Assembly: GCF_054482525.1 (NCBI RefSeq)
Contig: NZ_CM137006.1
Reading direction: 5' to 3' (one strand)
DNA length: 64,000 nt
Part shown: one piece after another, positions 20,639-30,852 of the stretch
Layout: the number at the start of each line of letters is the position of its first letter
Numbering within the stretch: position 1 is the stretch's first letter
Notes under the pieces: generated by a model
The model's database searches: none
What the model was told of the DNA's origin: nothing
The model's input: only the letters and a program-made list of their open reading frames with translations
Program-made: the position numbers and the translations under genes

Positions 20639-21124
20639 TCAGTCGATGATGCGCATAATGGCGCTGCATTCCGGATGCTGCAGGGCGTAATCCCGCAGCC
20701 GGTAATAATGGACCGTCATGGCATAACACTCCGTACGACAGGCATGATGACTGTACGTCATCAGACAGGCAGCAATGCCGGCGGCTTCCGGGCTCATTTC
20801 AGCGCGGTTACCGTTCATGACATTGAACAGTACCCATGTTTCGTCATCATCGTCATCCGGTTCGGGTGCCATAAATGCCCCTCCGTTATTCAGTGTGTAC
20901 AGATTCCAGATACCACCGCAGTAGTCTTCACACAGACGGTCCATCCAGCCGAAGACACGGGGCTCCAGGGTCACCCACTGTGGAATGAGGCCAAAGTGCT
21001 GTGGCCAGAAGCTGATGCACTGTTCATCAGGGACGGGAGTGGCAACCAGTTGAGACTGGTTATTCCCTGATGCAGTAGTTACGGAAACAGAAGGTGTGGT
21101 GGAATTATGTGAAACGGTTGTCAT
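20639..21124 (-). CDS. Antirestriction protein (KlcA/ArdB-like, YfjX/YafX family)
   Basis: Start placed at ATG 21124 (MTTVSHNS...) behind AAGGA; acidic DDDDDE stretch; paralog at 48551-49036. Confidence 0.8.
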   Translation of the reverse strand: MTTVSHNSTTPSVSVTTASGNNQSQLVATPVPDEQCISFWPQHFGLIPQWVTLEPRVFGWMDRLCEDYCGGIWNLYTLNNGGAFMAPEPDDDDDETWVLFNVMNGNRAEMSPEAAGIAACLMTYSHHACRTECYAMTVHYYRLRDYALQHPECSAIMRIID

Positions 21125-21214
21125 GATATTATTCCTTATAAAAAGCAAATGAATGAAGAAGGCTCGGGGGCAGGGACAGACGTGAGTCAGGACGGCGCTT
21201 TCAGGTAAACGGTA

Positions 21215-22033
21215 TCAGCGCATGTTCTCCAGCAGCGTTTCCGCCATCACCCATAATGCGCGATTGAGCTTAATATCGGTGTCGATGCTGTGAATGGCCC
21301 GGGTATGGATACGTTTTCCTCTGGCACTGCGGCCGGAAATTCCGCCTTTCAGCATATTCTCCTGGATGGTCTGATATGCGCTCCACAGGTCCTTACCGTA
21401 ATCCTCCCTGCGTCGTGGCGTAAGAATGTCAGCGGTGGTGACGGGCTGATGTTCGTCACCATAACGGTAAGTCAGGGCCGCCTGTGCCAGCGCCTGGCGT
21501 GCCGGTGGCGGCAGGACCAGCGACTGCATGGCATCACGCTTCTCCTCTATCCGGTCAAACACGCCCACCACCTCGTAAGCCCCTTCGATAACTTTCTCCA
21601 CTACATTTCCCCGGTGTGGAACACGCACTTCCCCCAGAGACTGGCCACAGACGCACCCGTTCTGGCAGACGAACCTGAAGTAACCCGGCAGCATCTGGTA
21701 GCTGGAGGTACCGTCATGAGAGTTGAGCAGAATAATTTCAGGGACATGTTCTCCGTTTATCTCTCCGGCCCGCCGCAGACGCAGCATGTGTTTGGTATAT
21801 TCCCGGCGGCTCTGGTCGCGCACACGGGTCTGGCAGGCGAAGAACGGCTGAAAGCCTTCCCGCTGCAGATTTTCCAGGACGGTAATGGTGGGAATGTACG
21901 CATACCGTTCACTGCGGGAGGTGTGCCGGTCTTCCCCAAAAATACTGGGTACATGGCGTATCAGTTCTTCATGTGTCAGCGGACGGTCACGGCGTATCTG
22001 GTTTACATGACCAAAACGACTTGCTAATCGCAT
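21215..22033 (-). CDS. DUF932-family protein (YfjQ/YafZ-like)
   Basis: 272 aa; conserved module position; paralog at 49128-49946. Confidence 0.7.
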   Translation of the reverse strand: MRLASRFGHVNQIRRDRPLTHEELIRHVPSIFGEDRHTSRSERYAYIPTITVLENLQREGFQPFFACQTRVRDQSRREYTKHMLRLRRAGEINGEHVPEIILLNSHDGTSSYQMLPGYFRFVCQNGCVCGQSLGEVRVPHRGNVVEKVIEGAYEVVGVFDRIEEKRDAMQSLVLPPPARQALAQAALTYRYGDEHQPVTTADILTPRRREDYGKDLWSAYQTIQENMLKGGISGRSARGKRIHTRAIHSIDTDIKLNRALWVMAETLLENMR

Positions 22034-22123
22034 GATTTGCTCCTTATGAATGAGTTAGCGGTATAAATGAAAAAGCCGCGTCTTCTGGAGAAGACGCGGC
22101 CTGATGGATCAAGTGAATGACGT

Positions 22124-22357
22124 TTATTGCCTGAGAATTCCCTCACTGGCGAGATACGGATTTAGCTGTTTTCCGGCATCAGGTTCAAAATTCCAGCACC
22201 GCCAGCGTAGCTGCCCTTCAGCATTGCGAATAACCAACCGGAAATGTGTTCCCTGGTCATCTTCAATAAGCACATTAAGGTAAGCCGTTGTGACGGCAAG
22301 TGCCTGGTTGCGTGAGAAAGGGCCTTCGGGCAATAAACGTGATGTACAACCCGGCAT
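22124..22357 (-). CDS. DUF905-family small protein
   Basis: 77 aa; paralog at 50037-50246 (…[15 protein letters not shown]…). Confidence 0.6.
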   Translation of the reverse strand: MPGCTSRLLPEGPFSRNQALAVTTAYLNVLIEDDQGTHFRLVIRNAEGQLRWRCWNFEPDAGKQLNPYLASEGILRQ

Positions 22358-22427
22358 ATCTGTTGCTCCCTGTAAGTAAAAGGCCCCGGTAATGATGACC
22401 GGGGCCTGAAGGGGAGTGACCTGATTA

Positions 22428-25274
22428 TCAGAAAGTCACGTTCAGTGTGGCCTGACCGTTATAACCTTCAGCGCTGCTGCCGCTGACACTGTGGGCATAA
22501 CCGGCCTGAACGCCCAGGGTGATATTTTCCCGGACACGGGCTTCCAGTCCGGCCTGCAGGTCCAGTGACGTGCCATTCTGGGACGGTGAGAACGTCATGT
22601 TACTGCCGGCTGCGGCTGTACCCATGCTCATGTCTCCCCGGGAGCTGAAGGTGCGGATAACAGAAGGCTGTACCCACCAGTTCACCGGCAGTTCACTCAC
22701 GCTGTGTTTGGCACTGTCGCGCAGGGTGTCACGGGATGAGGTGCCTTCGCCAAAGGTCATATCGTTGTGGCTGCCCAGACGGAAACCGGCACGCACATGT
22801 TGTGCACTGCCATGCCCGAACTTCACATAACCGGCGTTATCCTGACCGTCATCCAGGGAGAGCCCCTGCCAGGTGTACTGCAGTTGTGGCTCCAGCATCA
22901 GGTTGTCAGTGATACTGAAGGGCAGACCGGTTTCCAGTGAGCCCAGCCAGCCCCAGCCCCGGGCGCGGAAGTCGTTATTGTCCGATGACGCTTTCATGCT
23001 GTGGCGGGTTCCCTGTGCCACAATGTCAGCCCACAGGCCGGAGGATGTGTGTACCAGATTCAGGTATCCGCCCAGACTGCCGGCATCATCCCGGACCGTG
23101 CCGGCGCGGGAGCCGTCATCATCCTTAACATCAACGGAAGAATGGCCTGCAGCACCATACACCCCTGTCGTCAGAGACATACCGGCAACCTCTGTTCTGA
23201 GCAGGTCACCCTCCAGACGGACGAAGCCATAGCTGCCGCTGCTTTCCGGCGTGGCCCCACGGGCAATACCGCCGTTGTTATCGTGCCCGAGATGACCGCC
23301 CTGAATGCTGAGACGGACGCTGTTATTTTCACCGTTTACACCGGTCTGATGGCTGCGGGAGCCTGCCAGAATCCGGTCATAGTCCATTGCCTGTGTCAGC
23401 ATGGAGGCATACAGGGGGACTTCAGCACGATAAGCATTTTCACTGCGCAGGTACCAGTCTTCATCGCTGTCACGGTTCAGGGTGTAGTTAAAGGCGCCGG
23501 CCTGAAGCGGGCGGCTCAGGGCAAACGCACCTTCTTCTGTGGTGGCACCATTCTGTGCATCCACAACCCGGATACCCTGTCCGGTGGTTGCCACCCCGAG
23601 GTTACTGTTTCCGACATTTGTGAACGCAAGCCAGGTTTTGCCGGTTGCCTGGCCACCATTAATCACCAGCTGGTCAGAGGCATTGCTGCCATCAAGGCGA
23701 ACACGCATATTGATGGTGCCCCCCTGACCGGTGAGGTTACTGGTGGTCAGTTTATGGAACGTTACCGGGGAGTCGCCTTTTGCAACAGCACGGCTCAGCG
23801 CGGCATCCGGTGTCGTCTGATTATCAAAGTGAATCTCTCCTGCGTTAACAATATCGCCGGTACTGACCACATCACCATTCAGTACCATGCTGGCGCCTTT
23901 ACTGAGCTGTGTTCTGCCACTCAGACTTCCCCCGGCAGCCAGCGTCAGTGTTCCACGATGTCCGACAGTGGTGTTGCCTGCCTGTCCCCCGGCATTAACC
24001 GTAAAGCTGCCGCCATTTTCCAGTAGCAGGCCGCTGGCCTGCCCGGATATGCCATCAATACTGAACTTACCGCTGGCATTGGTCCCCTCAACAGTGGCAC
24101 CACTGTCTGCTATCAGGGCACCACCGGATGTCATGGTGACATCTGTTGCCTTACCACCGGCAGACACTGCCAGGGTACCGCCGTCATCCACCAGTGTTTT
24201 CTGCGCTGAATGGCCCTCCAGTACATCCAGGCGACCGCCGGACTCCAGAACAACGCCGTCAGCCTTACCGTTTTCCACCGTGAAATTGCCCAGACGGTTG
24301 CTGCCGGTGACGGTTGCCGCCGTACTGGTGACCAGTGCGCCGCCCTGCGTCAGGGTGACATTCGTGGCTGTACCACCGGCGTTCACCTGCAGTTTGCCTT
24401 TCTGGTTAACGGTGGTGAAATCCGCCAGACCACCTTCCTTGATAATCTGCCAGCCGTCACTGTTAACAACAGTGCCAGACGCCGTACCGCCGTTGTGCAC
24501 ATACTGGTACCCCCCATTCAGCGTGGTATCCAGTGCGTGACCATGTACAGTCTGGTCGCCGCCGGCATAAACCACAGTGGTATTTGCCGTTCCTTCAGCA
24601 GCCACAATCTGACGACCATTTTTATTGATGGTGGTGCGTACGGCATCTCCGTAGACGGTCTGCCCGGTATCACCATTTTCCGCATCCGGTCCTCCTTCCG
24701 CGCCAGTATTCACAACCGTGTCGGTTGCCATTGCGCCGGATTTGACGGCCTGCCAGCCCTTCTCATTAATGACGGTACCCGTTGCAATCCCGCCTTCATG
24801 TACCCACTGCTCACCGCCGTTCAGAGTGGTGTTCACTGCCTGCCCCTGAAGGCTCTGTCCGCCTCCGGCCCTGATAACCGTGTCTGAAACGCTTCCTCCG
24901 GCATTCACTCTCTGAAGACCACCACCGGTGACAGTAGTGTTGTTGGCGATACCGCCATTTTGTATCCATTGCCCGCCGGTATTGGCCTCGTTATCCGGCC
25001 CATACTCCAGACCGGTACTGATGGTCATTCCGTTGGCTGTACCGAAGACAATCTGGTTGTCATGATTTTCCAGTGCTCCGCCGCTCACGGTTTCTCCCGC
25101 CTGTACAACCGTGTCAGCAGCCAGTACCGGGAGTGATGTGACAGCAGCAAGAGACAGCGCAACCGCCACACCGGCGCGTTTTCCCCGTGAGCGGGCCAGT
25201 TCGGAGGCCACCACCAGGGTGCCCGTAATGTGATTCCATACCAGCCTGTAGCTGGTGTTCAGATGTCGTTTCAT
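22428..25274 (-). CDS. flu: Antigen 43 (Ag43/Flu) self-associating autotransporter adhesin
   Basis: Start at [18 protein letters not shown] (ATG 25274 behind AAGGAAAA); extended signal peptide, repetitive passenger, C-terminal beta-barrel ending ...[12 protein letters not shown]. Track ORF starts 75 nt upstream. Confidence 0.9.
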   Translation of the reverse strand: MKRHLNTSYRLVWNHITGTLVVASELARSRGKRAGVAVALSLAAVTSLPVLAADTVVQAGETVSGGALENHDNQIVFGTANGMTISTGLEYGPDNEANTGGQWIQNGGIANNTTVTGGGLQRVNAGGSVSDTVIRAGGGQSLQGQAVNTTLNGGEQWVHEGGIATGTVINEKGWQAVKSGAMATDTVVNTGAEGGPDAENGDTGQTVYGDAVRTTINKNGRQIVAAEGTANTTVVYAGGDQTVHGHALDTTLNGGYQYVHNGGTASGTVVNSDGWQIIKEGGLADFTTVNQKGKLQVNAGGTATNVTLTQGGALVTSTAATVTGSNRLGNFTVENGKADGVVLESGGRLDVLEGHSAQKTLVDDGGTLAVSAGGKATDVTMTSGGALIADSGATVEGTNASGKFSIDGISGQASGLLLENGGSFTVNAGGQAGNTTVGHRGTLTLAAGGSLSGRTQLSKGASMVLNGDVVSTGDIVNAGEIHFDNQTTPDAALSRAVAKGDSPVTFHKLTTSNLTGQGGTINMRVRLDGSNASDQLVINGGQATGKTWLAFTNVGNSNLGVATTGQGIRVVDAQNGATTEEGAFALSRPLQAGAFNYTLNRDSDEDWYLRSENAYRAEVPLYASMLTQAMDYDRILAGSRSHQTGVNGENNSVRLSIQGGHLGHDNNGGIARGATPESSGSYGFVRLEGDLLRTEVAGMSLTTGVYGAAGHSSVDVKDDDGSRAGTVRDDAGSLGGYLNLVHTSSGLWADIVAQGTRHSMKASSDNNDFRARGWGWLGSLETGLPFSITDNLMLEPQLQYTWQGLSLDDGQDNAGYVKFGHGSAQHVRAGFRLGSHNDMTFGEGTSSRDTLRDSAKHSVSELPVNWWVQPSVIRTFSSRGDMSMGTAAAGSNMTFSPSQNGTSLDLQAGLEARVRENITLGVQAGYAHSVSGSSAEGYNGQATLNVTF

Positions 25275-25487
25275 CAGCTTTTCCTTACAGAGGGTGAATA
25301 AAAAAGCCGGTACCCACAAATGTGGATACCGGCAGGTACAAAACAGCATGGTCAGATAAAGTGGTTTTTCCCGGACATAAATGCTTCCCCTCTCTCATCC
25401 GCCTGAGAAGTATCAGTCCGTTGTGTGCAATTCCGTTCTGCATGATGAAGAGATTCAGCTGCCTTTTCGCAGGCCATTAACCACTAT

Positions 25488-25531
25488 AAACGATCGATAT
25501 AAACGATCGATATCTGTTTTATCGATCGTTT
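25488..25531 (-). promoter_or_regulatory. agn43 phase-variation switch: three GATC sites (Dam/OxyR region)
   Basis: GATC at 25492, 25505 and 25524 inside AAACGATCGATATAAACGATCGATATCTGTTTTATCGATCG, about 220-250 bp upstream of the Ag43 start. Confidence 0.6.
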
Positions 25532-25646
25532 TATTCTATTAATAACAAGGCAGCCACGCAAGAGAAACAGGAGGAGTATGAGGGGTTTGTGTCATGTTTT
25601 CAGTTGGTTAACGCAATGTAATCAGGCATTTCCTCTGGCAGAGTGT

Positions 25647-26519
25647 TCAGAAGAAAATCCAGTTCCATACAGCGCGGGCAACAGAGACCACCGAGTCACG
25701 GACGGCACGCAGAACCGTGCGTGCAACAGAGGCAATACAGACGCTCTCCGCTGTGTCAAATATCCGGTCCACCGCACCGGTAAACTGTTCACGGGCCTGA
25801 GACCGGACAGATTCCGTGCGCAGCTCGTCCTGCAGGCGGGTCATCAGGGGACTGGCGGCATGGTCGGGAAGCGCTGTCATGAGCGCACTGACCAGCGTAT
25901 CCAGTTCCCAGCCGGTGCGGGCCGATACGGCCACAACCGGATGTACGGGCCGGAACAGACGGAATACCGCCTCCGTTTTTTCGCGAATATTCTGTGCCTG
26001 TGCGGGAGAAGGCTGAATACCGGCCATATCCCATTCATGGCAGGGCTCCGTTTTGTCGGCCTGCGTCACCACAAACAGCACCTGCTGATGTCCCCGGTGC
26101 AGGATGTGTCGCCAGAAATACTCATCCACAGACAGGGCGCGGTCATCGGCTTTAATCAGCCACAGCACCAGGTCCAGTTCGGGCAGAATGTCACGGTACA
26201 GGGCTTCATACTCTGCATCTCTGTCCCGGCTCTCGCCCACCCCGGGCAGGTCAGTGATAACCATGCTGTGACCGTGGCCACTCAGACGGAAGCGCCGCAC
26301 TTCCCGGGTGCCGGCGTGAACATCACTGACCGGGGTGACCTCCCCCTGAAACAGTGCATTACAGAGTGAGGATTTACCGGCCCCGCTTTTACCCATAATG
26401 CCAATCACGGGTTCGTGACTGGTGAGTTTGCGCAGATGTTCCAGGATGTGACGGGAAAGTGAGTAAGGCAGGGAGGAGAGCGGTTTTTCAATTGCCTCAA
26501 TGGCATCAGACGGATTCAT
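25647..26519 (-). CDS. yeeP: YeeP/YfjP/YkfA-family GTPase (copy 1)
   Basis: P-loop GIMGKSGAGKSSLCNALF and DLPG motif; start placed at ATG 26519 (the longer track ORF begins with GTG and no SD). Confidence 0.8.
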   Translation of the reverse strand: MNPSDAIEAIEKPLSSLPYSLSRHILEHLRKLTSHEPVIGIMGKSGAGKSSLCNALFQGEVTPVSDVHAGTREVRRFRLSGHGHSMVITDLPGVGESRDRDAEYEALYRDILPELDLVLWLIKADDRALSVDEYFWRHILHRGHQQVLFVVTQADKTEPCHEWDMAGIQPSPAQAQNIREKTEAVFRLFRPVHPVVAVSARTGWELDTLVSALMTALPDHAASPLMTRLQDELRTESVRSQAREQFTGAVDRIFDTAESVCIASVARTVLRAVRDSVVSVARAVWNWIFF

Positions 26520-26748
26520 ACATGTATTCCCGGTGAAAAAAGACAAAACCCCGCACACCGGAAAGATGGCGGGGGGATTCACGGAGATAATATCTGCCTG
26601 AAATTATTTGGAATGCAGGTATATGTGGCTGATTTGTATCAGCTAATGAGTACAGGTCTGAATCTAATCTGACAGTCCGCTCTGTGCCAGGAGCGGACAT
26701 TGTTTTCCAACTATTACCTAAGCCTGCGAACCATCTCATCTTCACCCC

Positions 26749-27636
26749 TTAAATTCTCAATGTATCGATAACCGCTCGTAGGGCGGGTGACACATTGCGG
26801 TGCGGATAATAGATATATGAACCCTCCAGGCGTTGGCTGTAGCATTGCAAAACTCTGATTAGCGCCCCCTGTTCTATATCATCAGACACTAATTCCTCCG
26901 GAACATAGGCCAGCCCCAGACCTAGCCTTGCGGCTTTGGCTTCCATATAACTGTCAGCAAAGGCCCATTGTCCCTGAGGCTGATGGGTGATCTTTTTACC
27001 GTCCTGATTGAGTTCCCAGACATACAGACTGCCGTCGCCGAACTGGTAAGCGATGCAGGGATGACCTACTAAATCGGTGGGGGTTTGTGGAAATCCGTAG
27101 CGCTGAAAGTGCCCGGGCGTGCCGACAACAGCCATCTCCATATCGGGCGAAATGCGCACCGCAACCATACCGCTATCCACTTCCGAGCCCAGACGTATAC
27201 CGGCATCGAAGCGCTCAGTAATAATATCGACAAACCGGCTTTCGCTGATGAGCTCCAGCCGAATATCCGGGTATCGTTGTTTAAACACCGCCAGCTTCGG
27301 CAGCAGCACTTTATCAATGGCGTGCTGGCTCGCATTAATTCGGACCGTACCCGATGGTGTATGGCGATAATGGGCCAGTGTGGCAAGCCCCATATCTAAG
27401 GCGTCAAATCCAGATTCGACGTTTCGATAGAGTAACTCGCCGGCATGGGTGAGCGATAACTTGCGCGTGGTGCGTACCAGAAGCTGCACGCCCAGTCGCT
27501 CTTCCAGCTCGCGCACTGCACGGCTAATTCCTGATTGCGCCAGGCCAAGCCTCTGCGCGGCGGCGGTAAAACTCCCTTCTCGCACGACCTGCATAAACAG
27601 ATAGAGATCGTTATAGTTTTCCCGTTTCGCCATCAT
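26749..27636 (-). CDS. LysR-family transcriptional regulator
   Basis: 295 aa; N-terminal HTH FTAAAQRLGLAQSGISRAVRELEERLGVQLL plus LysR substrate-binding domain. Confidence 0.85.
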   Translation of the reverse strand: MMAKRENYNDLYLFMQVVREGSFTAAAQRLGLAQSGISRAVRELEERLGVQLLVRTTRKLSLTHAGELLYRNVESGFDALDMGLATLAHYRHTPSGTVRINASQHAIDKVLLPKLAVFKQRYPDIRLELISESRFVDIITERFDAGIRLGSEVDSGMVAVRISPDMEMAVVGTPGHFQRYGFPQTPTDLVGHPCIAYQFGDGSLYVWELNQDGKKITHQPQGQWAFADSYMEAKAARLGLGLAYVPEELVSDDIEQGALIRVLQCYSQRLEGSYIYYPHRNVSPALRAVIDTLRI

Positions 27637-27788
27637 CCTTCCCCTGCTGCATCACAATTCAGAACAATATGTTATTAATCTTAGCATTTTTTACCCTCTA
27701 ATTAGCACTATTAATGCTAACTATAATGTGCGCGTTGCAACAAAGCACAGCAGTGTTATCCGTATGAAACCAGTATCTGGCATATTTT

Positions 27789-28940
27789 ATGAGGGGGATT
27801 TTGATGACTGCTTTCACCCAAAAATTGACAGCCGCGATACCCACCATGCTGTTATGCGTATCATTAAGTGGAGTCACAAATATGAGTTACGCTGATACAA
27901 CCAATCCGAACGCGCCCGTTTCGCAGGTCGAGAAATGGGATAAAACTTTTGCTGAGAGCACGAAAGTTGATCACCGTAAGGTGACCTTTCCGAACCGGTA
28001 CGGGATCACCTTAGTCGGGGATCTCTATATACCGAAGGATCGTGGCGATCGCAAGCTGGCAGCAATTGCTGTTAGTGGCCCCTTCGGGGCGGTGAAAGAG
28101 CAATCCAGCGGCCTGTATGCGCAGACGCTGGCTGAACGGGGGTTTGTCACTCTGGCTTTTGACCCTTCATACACGGGTGAAAGCGGTGGCTACCCGCGAA
28201 ACGTCGCATCTCCGGATATCAACACCGAGGATTTCAGCGCGGCGGTTGATTTCTTAGGCCTGCAAAAAGAGGTGGATCGCAACCGTATCGGGTTGCTCGG
28301 CATCTGCGGATGGGGTGGCATGGCCTTAAACGACGCCGCGATGGACACACGTGTCAAGGCGGTGGCGAGCAGCGTGATGTATGACATGAGCCGTGCAATG
28401 GGGCATGGCGTGGGCGATGGCAAAGACCGCTATACCACTGCCGATCGTCGTGCCGTATTGCAGTATTTGAACATGCAGCGCTGGAAGGATGCTGAAAATG
28501 GCGCTTTCGCGCCAGGCGGGCATGATATTTACGTTGATGAGAAGGGCAACGTCACCGCTTCCGATCGTATTTTACCGGAAACTTTGCCAGCGAATTCTAA
28601 TCCGGTATTGAAAGAGTTCTTTGATTATTACCGCATGCCGCGTGGTTTCCATGCGCGTTCGGTCAACTCAACCAGTGCCTGGAATGCAACCATGCCTCTG
28701 TCATTTATGAATATGCCGCTGCTGAGTTACGCTAATGAAGTTACTATCCCTACACTCATCGTGACCGGTGAAAAAGCCCATTCACGCTATTTTGCTGAAG
28801 ATGCCTTTAAGGCAATCGGCAGCAAAGAGAAAGAGTTAGTGATTGTCCCCGAGGCAAACCATGTTGATCTGTACGACAACGTTGCGGGTAAGATCCCATT
28901 TGCCAAATTTGAGCAATTTTTCAAGGCAAACTTAAGATAA
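27789..28940 (+). CDS. Secreted alpha/beta-fold hydrolase (dienelactone-hydrolase-like)
   Basis: 383 aa; signal peptide ending ...NMSYA; GxCxWG nucleophile-elbow-like LGICGWGG; divergent from the LysR gene. Confidence 0.7.
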   Translation: MRGILMTAFTQKLTAAIPTMLLCVSLSGVTNMSYADTTNPNAPVSQVEKWDKTFAESTKVDHRKVTFPNRYGITLVGDLYIPKDRGDRKLAAIAVSGPFGAVKEQSSGLYAQTLAERGFVTLAFDPSYTGESGGYPRNVASPDINTEDFSAAVDFLGLQKEVDRNRIGLLGICGWGGMALNDAAMDTRVKAVASSVMYDMSRAMGHGVGDGKDRYTTADRRAVLQYLNMQRWKDAENGAFAPGGHDIYVDEKGNVTASDRILPETLPANSNPVLKEFFDYYRMPRGFHARSVNSTSAWNATMPLSFMNMPLLSYANEVTIPTLIVTGEKAHSRYFAEDAFKAIGSKEKELVIVPEANHVDLYDNVAGKIPFAKFEQFFKANLR

Positions 28941-29117
28941 CCCGAAAGGTTTACCAGGCCACCTGTCGTAAACGGGTGGCTTTTAACTGCCTGGTGTGAT
29001 GCAGAATATGCCGCATCGCCCTATATTCTCACCCAACTATTATGTCGTTATTCCCTGAATAACTTCTGACCCGATTGCGCTTGAATCTGGCTGGTTCGAT
29101 ATTAAGGGGGGCTAATA

Positions 29118-30311
29118 ATGTCCACTGTAAGTCTCAAACAATTATACGGAAAAACGCATGCATACTGGAGCGGCGTATTCGCCATGACGCTTTGCGTGTT
29201 TGTGCTGATCGCTTCTGAGTTTATGCCAGTCAGCCTGCTTACGCTCATTGCCCATGATTTGCACGTTACCGAAGGGCTGGCAGGGCAAGGAATTGCTGTC
29301 TCTGGTGCGCTGGCGGTGCTTACCAGTCTGACTATCTCCCGTATTGTCGGAGACCTGAATCGAAAATATCTTTTGCTGGGACTGACGGTCTTAATGGCCA
29401 TATCGGGAATAATTATCACTATAGCACCTGACTATCCGGTTTATATGCTGGGGAGGGCTCTGATTGGTGTTGTCATTGGAGGGTTCTGGTCAATGTCGGC
29501 TGCAACCGCCATTCGGCTCGTGCCGCAGCACCAGGTTTCCCGCGCACTGGCAATTTTTAACGGCGGAAACGCACTGGCCACCGTTGTGGCAGCGCCACTT
29601 GGTAGCTATCTGGGGACAACCATCGGCTGGCGTGGGGCCTTTTTATGTCTGGTCCCCCTTGCGATAGCTGCGTTCATCTGGCAATGGGTCAGTCTGCCTC
29701 CGATGGAAAGTGATAAAACACAAAAGCCACAGAGATCTGTGCTTCGCCTGTTCAGCGTTGCCATCGTACCAACGGGACTGCTGGCCTGCGGACTCTTCTT
29801 TATGGGACAGTTTGCTTTATTTACCTACGTGCGCCTCTTTCTGGAGAGCGTCACCAGAGTGGGACCTTCTGATCTTTCTCTGATTTTGCTCGCAATAGGT
29901 GTAGCAGGCTTTGTCGGCACAATGATCGTCTCAACATTCCTGAACACCATATTTTATAAGACCTTAATAATGATCCCGTTGCTTATGGCAGCGATTACCG
30001 GTGCGTTACTGCTGGTCGGACACCATATCTGGGCTGTTGCCGTTTTACTCAGCCTGTGGGGGCTACTTGCGACAGCTGCGCCAACGGGGTGGTGGACATG
30101 GATAGCACGCGCGTTACCCGAAGATGCAGAGACGGGGGGAGGCCTCATGGTTGCAGTGATTCAGTTATCTATTGCACTTGGTTCAACGGCTGGAGGTCTG
30201 GTATTCGACAGTCTGGGATGGAGAAGTGCTTTTGGTTTAAGTGGTTTGTTACTTCTGGGAGCGGTAGCGATGACATGTGCCACATCCCGTCAAAACAGGA
30301 AGGCGCAGTAG
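29118..30311 (+). CDS. MFS transporter
   Basis: 397 aa; about 12 hydrophobic segments; MFS-like motif GDLNRKYLLLG. Confidence 0.85.
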   Translation: MSTVSLKQLYGKTHAYWSGVFAMTLCVFVLIASEFMPVSLLTLIAHDLHVTEGLAGQGIAVSGALAVLTSLTISRIVGDLNRKYLLLGLTVLMAISGIIITIAPDYPVYMLGRALIGVVIGGFWSMSAATAIRLVPQHQVSRALAIFNGGNALATVVAAPLGSYLGTTIGWRGAFLCLVPLAIAAFIWQWVSLPPMESDKTQKPQRSVLRLFSVAIVPTGLLACGLFFMGQFALFTYVRLFLESVTRVGPSDLSLILLAIGVAGFVGTMIVSTFLNTIFYKTLIMIPLLMAAITGALLLVGHHIWAVAVLLSLWGLLATAAPTGWWTWIARALPEDAETGGGLMVAVIQLSIALGSTAGGLVFDSLGWRSAFGLSGLLLLGAVAMTCATSRQNRKAQ

Positions 30312-30843
30312 CGCAATCCTTTTATTTCTGGCGTACGCTCTTTAAGGCATCCGGCTGAGAGGCTAATGATCACTCCTCGCTCACAACGGACCTTCAGCTC
30401 AGCCGCTCCGGCCGCTTCATGCCATGAATGTACGCAGCCAGTCAGAATATTAAGGTGCGGATTTCAGTTCACTTGCCAGCCCAGTGATACAGGACAGTAA
30501 TGACCAACAATTTGGTATTGATACAACAAGTTGCGGCCCCGGTTCGTGGGGGAGATGAAACGAAGGTAGCTGAAGTTACTGAAATGAAGAATTCAGAGAG
30601 ACTGAATGATATGCCTCACCTTTAGTGAATAGTGTAAAAACGGGAGACTCTCACCCGAGATTATCCACTCATGCTCAATGTATAACTTTCGTGCCCCTCA
30701 CAGGTAAGAGCCGGATACATTCGTTGTGTATGCTGCAGAATTGGTAACCGGGGCCCTGCAGTCTTTAACTCCATGTCTTGTGCTGCTCATTTGCCACAAA
30801 ATCCTGGTACGTCTGCTCAATCATTTCATTCAGCAGTTTTTTT

Positions 30844-30852
30844 GGGGGGGGG
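30844..30852. repeat. G9 homopolymer inside a decayed coding region
   Basis: Nine consecutive G; minus-strand translation on either side gives protein-like sequence in two different frames. Confidence 0.5.

Noticed and set aside
20159-21070. 303-aa + strand ORF antisense to the radC-like and antirestriction genes (counterpart 48071-49060 in module 2; similar ORFs 21290-22027 and 49065-49892)
   Set aside because: Fully overlapped by conserved minus-strand genes with recognisable motifs; Ala/Gly/His-rich low-complexity translation typical of antisense GC-rich DNA.
23001-24026. 341-aa + strand ORF (and several other 60-225-aa ORFs) inside the Ag43 gene region
   Set aside because: They lie antisense to or out of frame with a strongly supported, full-length autotransporter gene; the GC-rich repetitive passenger sequence yields long spurious ORFs.
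25578-26369. 263-aa + strand ORF antisense to the module 1 GTPase gene
   Set aside because: The opposite strand encodes a P-loop GTPase with clear motifs; this ORF has no start context or motif.
26675-26698. Hairpin GTCCGCTC-N8-GAGCGGAC downstream of the LysR gene as a rho-independent terminator
   Set aside because: The U-tract is on the wrong strand for the LysR transcript; orientation is ambiguous, so it was not listed as a feature.
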